In this document: in pieces, positions 27,327-40,182 of the stretch
Layout of the letters: every line of letters starts with the position of its first letter
How positions within the stretch are numbered: the stretch's first letter is position 1
Assembly: GCA_030390025.1 (NCBI GenBank)
Contig: JASTWF010000200.1
Location: forward strand, 496,001 to 560,000
Direction of reading: 5' to 3'
DNA from: Squalus acanthias
Lineage: Eukaryota
Length of the DNA: 64,000 bases
Program-made: the position numbers and the translations under genes
The notes under the pieces: model-generated
What the model saw: the letters and a program-made list of their open reading frames with translations, nothing else
Told to the model about the DNA's origin: nothing
Databases searched by the model: none

Positions 27327-30300
27327 GACTCTGTTTCAGGAGGTGGTCACATCTATGAAGTTAATTAATTCAGATGTAGCCCATGGTCAGGGACAGGACG
27401 GTGTGACTACGAGTGAGGCAGGTACGGGGATCCAGGAGGTAGTGTTGGAGGAGCCGCAGCCCTTGCTCTAGTCCAGCAGGTTCGAGGTTCTTACTCCCTG
27501 TGGGGACAGGAGCAGGGACTGCAGGGAGGATGAGCTACCTGGCCACAGCACCGTGGAACGGGGGGCCATTCAAGAGGGGGGAGTAAATAGAAATGTTGTA
27601 GTGGTAGGGGATAGTATTATTAGGGGGATAGATAGAGTTCTCTGCAGCCGAGAGCGAGAGTCCCGTAGGCTGTGTTGCCTGCCCGGTGCCAGGGTTAAGG
27701 ACATCTCCTATGGGCTGGAAAGAAAATTTCAGTGGGAGGGGGTGGATCCAGTTGTCGTGGTCCATGTTGGTACAAACGACGTAGATAGGAAAAGGAAACC
27801 GATTCTGTTAAAGGAGTATGAGCAGCTAGGGGTCAAATTAAAAAACAGAACCTCAAGGGTAATAATCTCTGGATTATTAGCTGAGCCACGAGCGAATTTG
27901 GCTAGGACAAATAAAATTAGAGAGTTAAATAAGGGGCTCAAAGACTGGTGTGGGAGAAATGGGTTTTGCTTCCAGGGACACTGGCACCAGTACTGGGGCA
28001 GGAGGGAGCTGTTCCGTTGGGACGGGCTTCACTTGGCCAGTGCTGGGACTAGAGTCCTGGCGGATCATATAACCAGGGCTGTAGAGATGGCTTTAAACTA
28101 ACTAGTGGGGGGGGGGGGGGGGGAGGTTCCTAGAAAGCAAATAATAAAAATGACAACAGAGAAGGTCATAGACTTAGGTAGCAGTGCGGAAATTAAAAAC
28201 CATAGTGTGTCAGGAAGGGGCAGAAGGTATGGAGTAAAAGGTAAAGTAATAAAAAGGGAAAAAGCAGGAACTAAGTGTCACCAAACATATTTGAAAGTTC
28301 TCTATCTGAATGCACGTAGCATTCGTAACAAAATAGACGAGTTAATGGCGCAAATAACTACATATGGGTTTGATCTTGTGGCCATTACAGAAACATGGCT
28401 GCAGGGTGACAATGCCTGGGAATTAAACATACCAGGTTATTTAACGATCAGGAAGGACAGGCAGGAAGGAAGGGGAGGTGTGGTGGCTATGTTAATAAAG
28501 AAAGGAATCACTGTAATACAGAGAAATTATATTGGGTCAAAAGATCAGAATAATGAAACAGTTTGGGTGGCAATAAGCAATAATAAGGGGAAAACAACAG
28601 TAGTGGGCGTAGTCTATAGGCCTCCGAACAGTTGCAACTCTGTTGGACGGAGTATCAATCAGGAAACGAGGCTTGTAATAAGGGAACATCTATAATTATG
28701 GGGGATTTTAACTATCATATTAATTGGACAAATCAAATTGGGCAGGGCTGCCTTGAGGATGAGTTCATTGAGTGTATTAGGGATGGGTTTCTTGAGCAGT
28801 ATGTAACTGAACCGACCAGGGGGCAAGCAACCTTAGATCTGGTCCTGTGTAACGAGACAGGATGAATTAAAAATGTCCTAGTAAAGGATCCCCTTGGAAT
28901 GAGTGACCATAACATGGTTGAATTCCATATTCAATTAGAGGGTGAGACGGTTGGATCTCAAATAAGCGGGCTAAGCTTGAATAAAGGAGACTATGAAGGT
29001 ATGTGAGTGGAACTGAGTAGAGTGGATTGGGAAAATAGATTGAAGGGTAAGACCATACATGATCAGTGGTGTACATTTAAGGAGTGATTTTACAACTTCC
29101 AAAAAATATATATTCCACTGAGAAGAAAAGGGTGTAAAAGAAAATACAGTCATCCGTGGCTAAGTAAAGAATTAAAGATATAATTCGACTAAAAACAAGG
29201 GGTGTTTTTGGTAGCCAAATCTAGTGGGAGGATAGAGGATTGGGAAAACTTTAAAAGACAGCAAAAAATAACAAAAAGATTGATTAAGAAAGTGAAGATA
29301 GATTATGAAAGTAAATTAGCAAAAAATATAAAAACAGATAGTAAAAGTTTTTATAGTTATATAAAAAGAAAAAGGGTGGCTAAAGTAAATGTTGGTCCCT
29401 TAGATGATGAGACCGGGAAATTAATGGTGGGAAATATGGAGATGGCAAATACACTGAATGAACATTTTGTATCAGTCTTTACATTAGAGGACACTAAGAA
29501 TATCCCAACACTGGACAAACAAGTGGCTATAGGTGGGGAGGAGCTAAACACGATCAAAATCACTAAGGAAGTGGTACTCGGTAAAATAATGGGACTCAAT
29601 GCGGATAAATCACCTGGACCTGATGGCTTACATCCTAGGGTCTTGAGGGAAGTGGCGGTAGGGATTGTGGATGCATTGGTAATAATTTTCCAAAACTCCC
29701 TGGACTCAGCAAAGATCCCGGCAGACTGGAAAACTGCTAATGTAACACCCTTATTTAAAAAGGGCAGTAGACAGAAGGCTGGAAACCGGTTAGCATAACA
29801 TCTGTGGTAGGTAAAATTTTGGAGTCCATTATTAAGGAGACAGTAACGGGACATTTGGATAATCATAATTTAATAGGACAAAGTCAGCATGGTTTTATGA
29901 AGGGGAAGTCATGTTTGACAAATTTTCTGGAGTTCTTTGAGGAAGTAACATACAGGGTGGATAAAGGGGAGCTAGTGGATGTGGTCTATTTAGACTTCCA
30001 AAAGGCATTTGACAAGGTGCCACACAAAAGATTATTGCTTAAGATAAAAAAAATCACGGGATTGGGGGTAATATTCTGGCATGGATAGAGGATTGGCTAT
30101 CTAAGAGTAGGCAGAGAGTTGGGATAAATGGTTCATTCTCAGACTGGCAATCAGTAACTAGTGGTGTTCCTCAGGGGTCAGTGGTGGGTCCCCAACTCTT
30201 TAAAATCTATATTAACGATTTGGAGGAGGGGACCGAGGGTAACATATCAAAGTTTGCAGATGATACTAAGATGGGAGGGAAAGTAGTGAGTGAGGAGGAC

Positions 30301-31328
30301 ATAAAAAATCTGCAAGGGGACATAGACAGGCTAAGTAAGTGGGCAGAGATTTAGCAGATGGAATACAATACTGGAAAGTGTGAGGCTATGCACTTTGGGA
30401 GGAAAAATAGTTGAGCAAGTTATTATCTTAATGGCAAGAAACTGGAAAGTACTGAAGTACAAAGGGATCTGGGGGCCCTGGTGCACGAAACTCAAAAGGT
30501 TAGTATGCAGGTGCAGCAAGTGATTAAGAAGGCCAATGGAATGTTGGATTTCATTGCTAGGGAGATAGAATATAAAAATAGGGAGGTATTGCTTCAGTTG
30601 TACAAAGTATTGGTGTGACCGCACCTGGAATACCGCATACAGTTTTGGTGTCCATACTTAAGAAAAGACATGCTTGCTCTCGAGTCAGTACAAAGAAGGT
30701 TCACTCGGTTAATCCCGGGGATGAGGGAATGGACATATGAGGAGAGGTTGGGTAGATTGGGACTCTACTCATTGGAGTTCAGAAAAATGAGAGGTGATCT
30801 TATTGAAACATATAAGATTGTGAAGGGGTTGTATTTGTTTGAATGCGGGGAGGATGTTCCCGATGATGGGTGAAACTAGAACTAGGGGGCATAGTCTTAG
30901 AATAAGGGGCTGCTCTTTCAAAACTGAGATGAGAAGGAACTACTTCTCTCAGTGGATGGTAGGTCCATGGAATATGCTGCCCCAAAAAGCTGTAGAAGCT
31001 ACATCATTACATAAATTTAAAACAGAAATAGACAGTTTCCTAGATGTAAAGGGAATTAAGGGTTACGGGGAGCGGGCAGGAATTTGGACATGAGTCTGGG
31101 TTCGGATCGGTCATGGCCCTATGGGTAGCGTAGCGGGCCCAGGGGCCGTGTAGCCTGATCCTGCTCCTATTCCGTGTGTCCAATTCTGTTAGGTTCAGGA
31201 GATGTTACTGTGATAGTAGATTGGCGGTTAGGATCAGATCAGCCATGATCTTATTGAATGGCGGAGAAGGCTCGAGGGGCCAATTGGCCTAGTCCTACTC
31301 TTATTTCTTATGTTCTTATGTTCTTATG
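27327..31328 (+). mobile_element. CR1 LINE, near full length but inactivated (ORF1 SGNH esterase 27553-28101; ORF2 28105-31093 with stops and frameshifts)
   Basis: GDSIIRG, LPGARVKDI, HVGTND, DGLHL in ORF1; EN/RT motifs in ORF2 pieces; (TTCTTATG)n tail at about 31303-31328. Confidence 0.92.
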
Positions 31329-31329
31329 A

Positions 31330-34300
31330 TTACGTTAATTTATACCACCCACTAGTTAGGTCTGTGGGCACGGAGCGGTCCCTCGGACTATCAGAGATCT
31401 CGAACAATACGGAGTTGAAACGGCTGTCAGGTGAGAGAGAGAGAGAGAGGGCAACGTTGCAAAATGGTCTTGGTCGCCGACGGCCAGGTGAGGGCCGGGG
31501 GAGCGAGCTTAACGGTTGTCTCTCTGCGGGTAGAAGACCCCCTCGAGTTTAGGTTTCGCTGACGGCAAGGAGAGGGCCGGGGGAGAGAGTTTAACGGGTG
31601 GATCTCTGGGGGTAGAAGACCCCCGCGAGTTTAGGTTTCGCTGACGGCAAGGATCGGGCCGGGGGAGAGAGTTTAAAGGGTGTCTCTCTGAGGGTAGAAG
31701 ACCACCGCGAGTTTAGGTTTCGCTGACGGCCATGTGAGGGCCGGGGGAGAGAGTTTAAAGGGTATCTATCTGGGGGTAGAAGACACCCGCGATTTCTAAA
31801 GAGCTAAGTCGGTAAGATGGCCGAGGGAAAGCCGGGTGCTCAGGGATCCATTACGGAGTATTTGTGAAATAAACATGACAAGGTAGTAAAAAGAATGGGT
31901 AAGGAAGGCTGGAATCCTGAATGGGTTCCCGACCGACAGAAAAATGGTGAAGTAAGGAGAGCAAGTATAAGGAGGAGAAAACTGTAGTGGTTCTTTGTCA
32001 GGGCGACCTGAAAAATTTGTAAGATTGGAGCCAATCGGGAGAAGGAAACAGAGGAGTTCGTGGCAGAGTTAAAAAAGGTGGGTGCCAAGTGTGCCGCTGT
32101 AATGAAGGCAAGGTCAGTGCAAAGTGGAAGGAATGATCGTGAGGAGGTTGATTGGGATGATTTAGAAAGAGAGGCAGCAGAATAGGAGCGAGATGATGTC
32201 CTCACGCGGGATGATAAAATTTTAGAACAACAAATTAGATCGAGCTTCTGCAGTGTCAAATTGCCTCATCTGCTGCACTCATGGAGCAGCAGAGTGTAAA
32301 CATGGTTCAGGCAGATCCGCACTGCAGAATCATGAGGAAGCCAGGTGTCAGATAGCCACGCTAACAAAAGATCTAATTTGCAGGCTAACCAATCTGAAAA
32401 CTCAGCAAAGGAAGGGAAAAAGAACAGGGATTTGGAAAGCCAGGGAAAGCTGCTGAGACGCCAATTTAAAGAAAAAAGGGGGGGGGGGAGGTGGGAAAGA
32501 GAGAAAACTAAAGATTTACCGACATGTAAGTTATTAACGTCTGTGCTGAGACAAATAAAACACAAGATTCCTGAGTGAAAGGAACCTTAAAAAAACTCCT
32601 CTAATTTAAGTTTGTGTGAAAGTGTGTGTTAAAGTGTGAAAGTTTTCCTGACTATGGATGTTTAAGAAGTTACAGTATTCCTTTTCTCTGAAAGTCTGTC
32701 CTTAAAAAAAAAGCAAAAATGTCTGTTGTGTGTTTTAGCTCCACCCACTTCTCTGTGTTTAAAAAAAGCGTTTAACCCTTTTGTCTTGTCTTGGGTTTTG
32801 GAAGTTTTAACAATGTGTGAATAAGATTGTGCCCCCAGAATTGAAACAAAACTTCAAACTACAATTTAAGTTAAGCTGGTGTGGAAAAACTGAGAAAAAC
32901 AAAAAGTTTGTTTCACAAAAGATTAAGTTTCAGTGTAACATTTAACCTTGGAGTCGCGGTTGCTGTGGTGAAGTATTACAAAGCAATTTGTTGAAATGTG
33001 AAAAACTAATTTTTCTCCAGTTGTAGTCAATGTTTTTACAGTGATTTGGAAAGGCATCTGAAGATAGGACAATAAGAAATATGACGTAATGTACTGTTTT
33101 CTGCAAGCATGTGCTATTTTGTTTTGTTTTATCTCTTCAGTTCGTATTTAGTTAAAGTGTGAAAGTCTTTTTCGTTCGGGAAAGTTTTTTTAATATAAAT
33201 TTACGTGAAGTGACGCAATTGCATGCGCCTGACAAAGTTTGGCTCTGCCTTCTTAAAAACCTACAAAGGAGTTAACCCTTTCCACTGACAGCTGTTTAAG
33301 TTCACCAAGCAACAACTTTAGTATGGCTGAATGAAATTTAAAGATATTGGAATTTATTAAATTTAAGTGTCTTAATTTTAAGTTAATATTTCCCCACAGC
33401 GACGGAAGGAAAATTATGATTTGATAAATTAACTCCTTGGGCTCTTAAACAGAGCCACAATGGATTCTCTGCTTTCTTTTGTTATATGGAAGTTACCTTG
33501 TAAACTAATTGTAGCACTTCTGTCTCTAATGTTAAAACACTGTGTAAACCACCCAGCCTGGGAATCACTTGTTTCTGAAATTGGAATTGATAAGATAAAT
33601 TGATTGAAATGAAATTGAACATTGACAAAGCCTGTCAGTTCAACAATACTGCTGTTTGGATTTGGGGATAATTTTGAAATGACAAAATGGACTCAGGCAC
33701 TATATATTGGGTTACTTTTGGGGAAATAAAAGATCCTCTAAAATAATGATAAATAAAAAGTGTTAATAACTTGGACCAAGTGAGAACGTTTGAGCTTTGT
33801 TTTCTATCTTAAATATTGTACTGGACAGCAAAGTTCCTCCAAGGCTCATGAATGAGATATGAATGTTAATTAATGGGATGGTAAAATAGAGAGAGGAAGC
33901 GATTGAGGGTGTAAGATAGAAACAGGAAAATTACACTACCAAATGATAATTTTCCGAGATTTCTAGTGAAAGTCAGAAAAGTGTAGCTACGAATAGCAAA
34001 TTGACAGCTTTCCCTTGGAGACATTTGTGCACCTGCATTGACACATACTCCACCGAGAAACTATCTAATTAATGAAGCAATCAGAATAGAGTTAAACACA
34101 CTGGTCCCTGTTAGAGTAATTGAAATTGAAGTTTAAGTGAAGAATTACATGGAATTTGGATTGGATGGCTGAGGGCGTCTTTGGGCTTGTGTGTTCCCAA
34201 TTTCCAGAGGTAAGGGCTGGTCACAAACAGGATTGCGGGAGGGTCGATATGACACCCGTCATGATCAAGGGGGAAACCCCCTGGTGATTCAGACCAGGGG

Positions 34301-35880
34301 ACCCACTTTACAGGTAGGGTCATGAAGAGGACATGTCAGTTATTGTGGGTAAAGCAGAGGTTCCACATACCTTACCACCCACAGAGTTCCGGAATGGTGG
34401 AGCGTACGAATAGAACCCTGAAAATGGTTATAGCAAAAGCGATTGCGGGCACGGGTAAGAACTGGGTGGATGTCCTCCCGACCATATTAATGAGGTTGTG
34501 GGCAACCCCCAACCGGACAATAGGACTAATTCCATCTGAATTAATGACTGGGAGGGCTGTGAGATTACCAGAAGGGGTGATAGAAGGGTGTAGTGAAACA
34601 GGGCCGCTCAGGGATAGAATTACACGGTATGTAGCGGAGCTATGTAAACAGCTTCAAGGGATGAAAGTGGAAGTAAAGCAGTAGCAAGAAGCGGAAGATC
34701 AACACGGGCGTGGGCCTGAACCCGAGTCATCGGGGCTCCCAACGGTGGGAGACAGGGTAATGGTAAAAGGGCTGCCGTCCAAACCGGGACTGGTGCCTCG
34801 GTGGTCTGGGCCTTACACGGTCCTAATAACCAGCGATACCTGTGCAGGTTTGGACATACAAAAGGGGGGTAGGTGGAAACATTGGTCCCAGGTTAAGCCG
34901 TATGACTCACATTCTGTTTCATCCAACAGGAAAGCTAGAAGCAGATCTCTTAATTACTTTGTTTCAGATAAACCTCTCTCACAATGGCGGCATGGTGGAC
35001 GGCCGTGATGGCGATCACCCTCCTGTTAATTACGGTAACGTGGAAGGCGCCCACCGTGCACATCGAGAAAATTACTTGTTTGCATCCAGGACAATACATG
35101 CAACTGCCACAGGGGGGAAAAGGGGAATGGGTAAAGAAACCCAATATATGGATCACGGACCGTGTCACCGCACGTACCCATACGACCAAGGTATGGAAAT
35201 TAAATCCCAAATGTAATATGGGACAATGATACTGGGACGCTATCTGTGGCAACAACCATGATCTGTCCGCCCCCGAGAGTCCAGTTGGATCCCTGGACAA
35301 GCCAGCAGGTAGGGAATTCGGGGATTTAGGTATGTTCTACCTGGATTAGACGAGGTCTGACCAGGGGCCAACAGGAGGAACTGATAGGGTAACCTGTAGG
35401 TTTGGATAACCTTTACATGTATATTATAGTTGCGTTAGAAGCCATGCGATTAAAATGTTATTGTAACTGCAAGTCATGATGGGAAGCTTGAGCAAATCCA
35501 GACCAAAGCTTAGTGTCTGCATTTAACAGTAGCAGTAGTTGTAATAAAGTTTCTTCACGAAACCTCGACTCAGGAACAATGAACAAAGATAATGGTAACT
35601 GGAGACTGGATAAGATAAAAAAAAACTGCAGAAAGGCAGAAGTAAGGACCTTGGTTCCGGGACAGTTGAGATAGCGGGAAGCATCTGCCAAAGCCTACGT
35701 AACCGGTAATTAACGGCTGATTATGTATAAATAGACTGCCACAACCATTGTAAATTTGACATTGTTGACTAATCACAGCGATCAATCTCTATCAATTAGT
35801 CTACAACAGACCCAGACATGAGGTGAGGAACGCCCCAGTGGTGGAGAGCTTTAGGAACCATTGGACCACAGTCGCCTGTT
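31330..35880 (+). mobile_element. Endogenous retrovirus deletion derivative: leader repeats, gag-like remnant, integrase C-half, env signal-peptide remnant
   Basis: Gag-like coiled-coil remnant from ATG about 31817. Integrase DSDQGTHFTG..PYHPQSSGMVERTNRTLK..PRWSGPY..HWSQVK at 34280-34905. Splice acceptor TACTTTGTTTCAG at 34967, then hydrophobic MAAWWTAVMAITLLLITVTW at 34984. No RT or protease seen; LTR limits not determined. Confidence 0.7.
31479..31795 (+). repeat. 82-bp tandem repeat (about 4 copies) in the ERV leader
   Basis: GACGGC..GGGCCGGGGG recurs at 31479, 31561, 31643 and 31725. Confidence 0.9.
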
Positions 35881-36283
35881 CTTCCCAAGCACACTGCACT
35901 TACCACATGTCGTGTCTCTACTTACTCGCATACTGTGTCCCAAAATTTTATTCTATGAATGTAATCTATCTAATTTGCATTTGAATGAATCAACACTAAC
36001 TGCTTCCGCTGCCTCCCAAGAAAGCCTGTCCCACCGATTGACCACTCACTCGCTGTAATATTGTTTCCACAGATTAGTTTTAATTTTGTCCCCTTCAACC
36101 TACAAGCGCATAGTAAGTTAAGCGCTTATTTATCTCGTTTGTTGTTTGTGAGATCCTACTGGGCGCAAATTGCCGTTCGTGTTTGCGTCCGAAGCACCGT
36201 TATTACTCTTCAAAATGCAATTCACCAAATTAAAGCGCTGTGGAGCGCGCTGGAGTTTGAAACGCACGGAATAAACGCACATT

Positions 36284-36469
36284 GGGGTAGATTTTGACTT
36301 TGTGGGATAGTGTTACACCGGTGATAGCGAGTCGGCAGCCCGGTTTGCATCTCTCCCGACTTGTACATCCATTAATGTCAATGGAAATAAGAATCTGGAC
36401 AGGTGTTAAACGGGCTGTCGATTCTCTATCACCAGGTTTACACTATCGCACAAAGTCAAAATCTACCAC
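36284..36469. mobile_element. 186-bp palindromic MITE (about 44-bp TIRs, ATT target duplication; Harbinger-like)
   Basis: att-GGGGTAGATTTTGACTTTGTGGGATAGTG...CACTATCGCACAAAGTCAAAATCTACCAC-att. Confidence 0.8.
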
Positions 36470-36511
36470 ATTCGTTCTTCTCTCTAAACTTAGGATCCTA
36501 AAAGCAGCCCC

Positions 36512-36821
36512 GGTTGTAGTGCGGACTCGGTCGCTCCTTATTACACTGTGTGTGCGACACAGAAGCAGGTGGTGGTGTCTGTCAGGCGGAAGGCCGCGGT
36601 AGTCAGCGAGCTGCGCTTCTCAGAACTTCGACTGACGGCTCCAAGTTGACCTTTATGTTCACCGTTTTCCGATGCCATTATCAACATCTTTGGGCTCTGG
36701 TTTGGAGGCTGCACGTACCGGTATATCGCGGAGAACGGAGTGTTTGTGTGGCTTTTCATCGATATGGTTTTCCGTTCACCGGGAGCCTGTGACAGAAATG
36801 TTTGTACAAATTCCTCGTTAC
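36512..36821 (-). pseudogene. Degenerate antigen-receptor V segment with 23-RSS
   Basis: After acceptor TTAAAG: NEEFVQTFLSQAPGERKTISMKSH...IYRYVQPPNQSPKMLI...SSLTTAAFRLTDTTTCFCVA. Then CACAGTG (36550-36544), a 23-bp spacer and ACTACAACC (36520-36512). The first Cys and the Trp are lost; no leader found. Confidence 0.75.
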
Positions 36822-36879
36822 CTTTAACAACCAATGTTATCAATGGAGCAAAGCAGACAACACCAGTCAGTCCCAACAG

Positions 36880-38716
36880 GTATCTCAGGAATATAGGGAC
36901 AGGTGTAGGCCATTCAGCCCCTACGATCTCTCCGACATGCAATTAGATCATGACTGATCTGTAACTCAACTCCATTTACCCTCCTTAGCTCAATATACCT
37001 TGATGTCCTTGTCCTCACCGAACAAAAAACTTGAAAGGATTGTGACAAAATACAGGAAGACATTAATAAACTTGCAGAACATGCGTGTAATTGGCAAATG
37101 AATTTCAATTCCGAAAAATGTGAGCTGGTGTATTTTGGTAGGAGGAATAAGAAGGCCACATGCTCCTTGGAAGATCAGAGTCTAAATGGAGTGCAGGATA
37201 AAGGGATGTAGGGGGACAGATACACAAATCACTAAAAGTAGCGCCGCAGGTTAATGAGGCCATTAGAAACCAAACAAAGCCCCGGGGCTCTTTTCTTGAG
37301 GGATAGAATTGTAAAGCAGAGAAGTAACGTTAAACTTGTATTGAACCTTGGTTAGACCAGACTTGGAGCACTGTGAACAGTGCTGATTCCCATATTATAA
37401 AAAGATCAGAGCAGCCCTGGGGTAGGTGCATTTACTTTTAGAAGGATCACACCAGAACTGAGAGGTTAAACCTATCAGGAAATAATGAATCGGCTGGGGC
37501 TCTTCTCTCTAGAAAAGTGAAGGTTGAGGGGTGACCTGATAGAGGTCTTTAATATTACGGAAGAGGTTGATAGATTAGACACAGAGAAGATGTTTCCACT
37601 TGTGGTGGAGACCAGAACTGCAACCATAAATATAAGATAGTCAATAAACACCCGGTGGGTAATTCAGGAGAAACTATTTACCCAGAGAATTTTTACACTG
37701 TGGAACTCGCTACAACAAGGAGTAGCTGACGGAAATAGCATAGATACATTTAAGGGGAATCTAGTTATACACACGAGGGAGCAAGGAATACAACGTTACA
37801 CTAAAACGGTTAGATGAAGAGGGTGGGAGGAACCTCGTGATGAGCATAACCAGCGGCATAGACATGTTGGGCCGAAAGGCCTGTTTCTGTGCTGTATATT
37901 CCGAATAACCCAGCATCCTCAGCCTTTTGGGGGAGAGAGTTCCAGATTTCTACTACCCTTTGTGTGAAAAAGTGTATGCTGATTTGCCTCCTAAATGGTC
38001 TTGCTCTAATTTTAAGATTTTGTACCCTCCTTCTTGATCAGAGGAAATATTTTCTCCATATCTAACCTATCGAATACGTTTGACACGTAAAACACCTAGA
38101 TCAGATCAGCCCTATATATTTTTACTCATGGGAATACAACTCAAGTTTATGCAACCTGTTCTCATAATTGAATATTCTATGCCCCGTTATCAGATTGGTG
38201 AATCTGCGCTGTGGCCGCTCCAAGGCCAATGTATCCTTCCTCAGGTGCGGTGCCAGAACTGAATGCACTGCTCCAATTGGGGTCTTATCAGAGATTTACA
38301 CAACTGAAGCACAACTTTCACCCCTTTATGTTCCCGCCCCCTTGAGATAAAGACCAACGTTCCTTTAGCCCTTTTGATTGCATTTTGTACCCGTCTAATT
38401 GCTTTTAATGATTTGTGTACTTAGATTCCTAAATCACTTTGCTCCTCCACAATACCTAGTTTCTCACCATTTAGAAAAAACTCCGTTTTATCTTTTCTTA
38501 GGTCCAGGGTGGGTGTCCTCCCACTTGCCCACATTAACCTCAATGTTCCCCAGTTTTGGCCATTCATTTAATCTATCAACGTTCTCCTTACATCTGCACT
38601 ACTTACTGCCCTTCCTAATTTAACGTCATCTACAAACGTGAATATACAACTCTCTCTTCCTTAATCCAAGTTATTCATAAATTCGATGATAAATATCTGT
38701 ACCCAGCTCCGGGGGA
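36880..38716. mobile_element. Cluster of old CR1 3' fragments in both orientations
   Basis: RT C-terminal remnants on + (37030-37905) and - (37910-38716), plus a minus-strand 3' UTR at 36880-37000. Confidence 0.7.
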
Positions 38717-40063
38717 CACAATGTAATGGTAACCTTACAAGAACTGTCGCTGTTTGCTCACACATCTAAGTTCTTACATGTCATAAAGCTGACTGGAATA
38801 ACAAGCATTAATATCCATCTGAAATATACTTGCATGTTGTGCGCTGACAGTTTCTGTACAAATGCGATCAGAGTATGGTGGCAGGAGTTACTGAGAAATG
38901 TTACGGGTACAATAGCATTCAACTGCTTCAGTGGTTTATCGTGCTCAAAAAAACACAAAATCCACAACCTCGAATTGATTTGACATCATCATGTACTGTT
39001 CTCGTGGGTCATTCTCGTCATTTAGAAAAGGAACAACATTGGTGCAAAATCAAACAGCGTCACCATATGAGGCCCAGAGGTTATTGTTGGTGGAATAACA
39101 GCCAATGGTTAACAAATTCGTGTAACGGAAGTGTTATCCGGATCACAGTAATGGACTTAGGTTTTAGTTAAATCAAATGGGCAAAGGGATGTTTTATCGA
39201 CAAGCTGCTCATTGATCAGCTTATATCACAGCAGCAATTACTGAGGGTTGTCTGATTCCTACCCGTTCGGTTTCTTTGTATTTCACTTTTTTCATCTATT
39301 ATCTTGTATAACCTCACTGAGTCCAAATAGGAGTAATAAATCTCAGTACTTTTTACAAATCACGCATGCAGTTCTCCTGAACGGTGTAGCTGATTTATAG
39401 TTACTGAGGTTTCTAGCAGCCATCCCATGGCATTGGTCACTGTGACTGGGGTGTTATCAACAGAGTGCGATTGGGATCCTTTTACTGGTAATCGGTTTGA
39501 CACATGCAGGAAGTGACCGCTATATCCAATATATTACCAGTGAGTCTCATGTGACGTTGCACAGAGGAATCAAGGCCAGTATATTCTTCCAGAAACAAGT
39601 TGAAGGGCGGTGAACTGGTGGACCAGGCGACGCAGACATAATTCAGGCTCCATTTCACGTCATATATTCAGTCCTTAATTTGTATAATACAAAATGTTAT
39701 TATTATTGTTGTTGTTAATATTTGTGGTTGAATTGCAACACAGATGGTACTTTTGGGGCGAGGACAGTTCATTGGAGCCTCCATTATAAATATAGACATA
39801 AGAATTTCAAGTAGCAATGTTGACACAGCAATTGCAGGAAAACGTCAAATATTTAATTCTTGACTCGCTGGTCTTCGTGGTGTTGTGCATAGAGAATGAG
39901 ACGCGGCGTCCGGCGCCGAGGAGAAACGGCTTCGCGTCAAAGTCCGCTTTAATTCGGTAACCAGCTGAAAACCTGCGAATAGAAACTCGGCTTCTCTGCC
40001 GGGGTGTTGACGGGACCACAGTAAGCTGCAGGAACTCTTGGTAGTGAAATAGATACCGTCTAA

Positions 40064-40168
40064 AGTTCTGATGAAAGATCATCGACCTGAAACGTTAACT
40101 CTGTTTCTCTCTCCACAGATGCAGCCTGACCTGCTGAGTATTTCCAGCATTTTCTGTTTTTATTACAG
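40064..40168 (+). mobile_element. Penelope-type terminal repeat carrying a minimal type I hammerhead ribozyme (40064-40100)
   Basis: AGTT-CTGATGA-AAGATC ATC GACCT-GAAA-CG-TT-AACT: stem I AGTT/AACT, catalytic core CUGAUGA...GAAA, palindromic AACGTT stem III. Confidence 0.7.
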
Positions 40169-40182
40169 TCTAAATTTACAAT

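Noticed and set aside
38690-38745. CACAATG-13-ACAAGAACT resembling a 12-RSS before a J-like SPGAGYRY
   Set aside because: The putative coding side aligns with the CR1 [13 protein letters not shown] region. There is no FGxG motif or splice donor, and the spacer is 13.
38850-39130. LTIGCYSTNNNLW and ECYCTR fragments as another V relic
   Set aside because: Too degenerate, and heptamer/nonamer spacing does not fit; cannot be supported without a profile search.
39408-39470. CACTGTG-ACTGGGGTGTTATCAA-CAGAGTG resembling a TCR delta D segment
   Set aside because: The second heptamer lacks the essential CAC, and the nonamers are absent or mis-spaced (21 nt).
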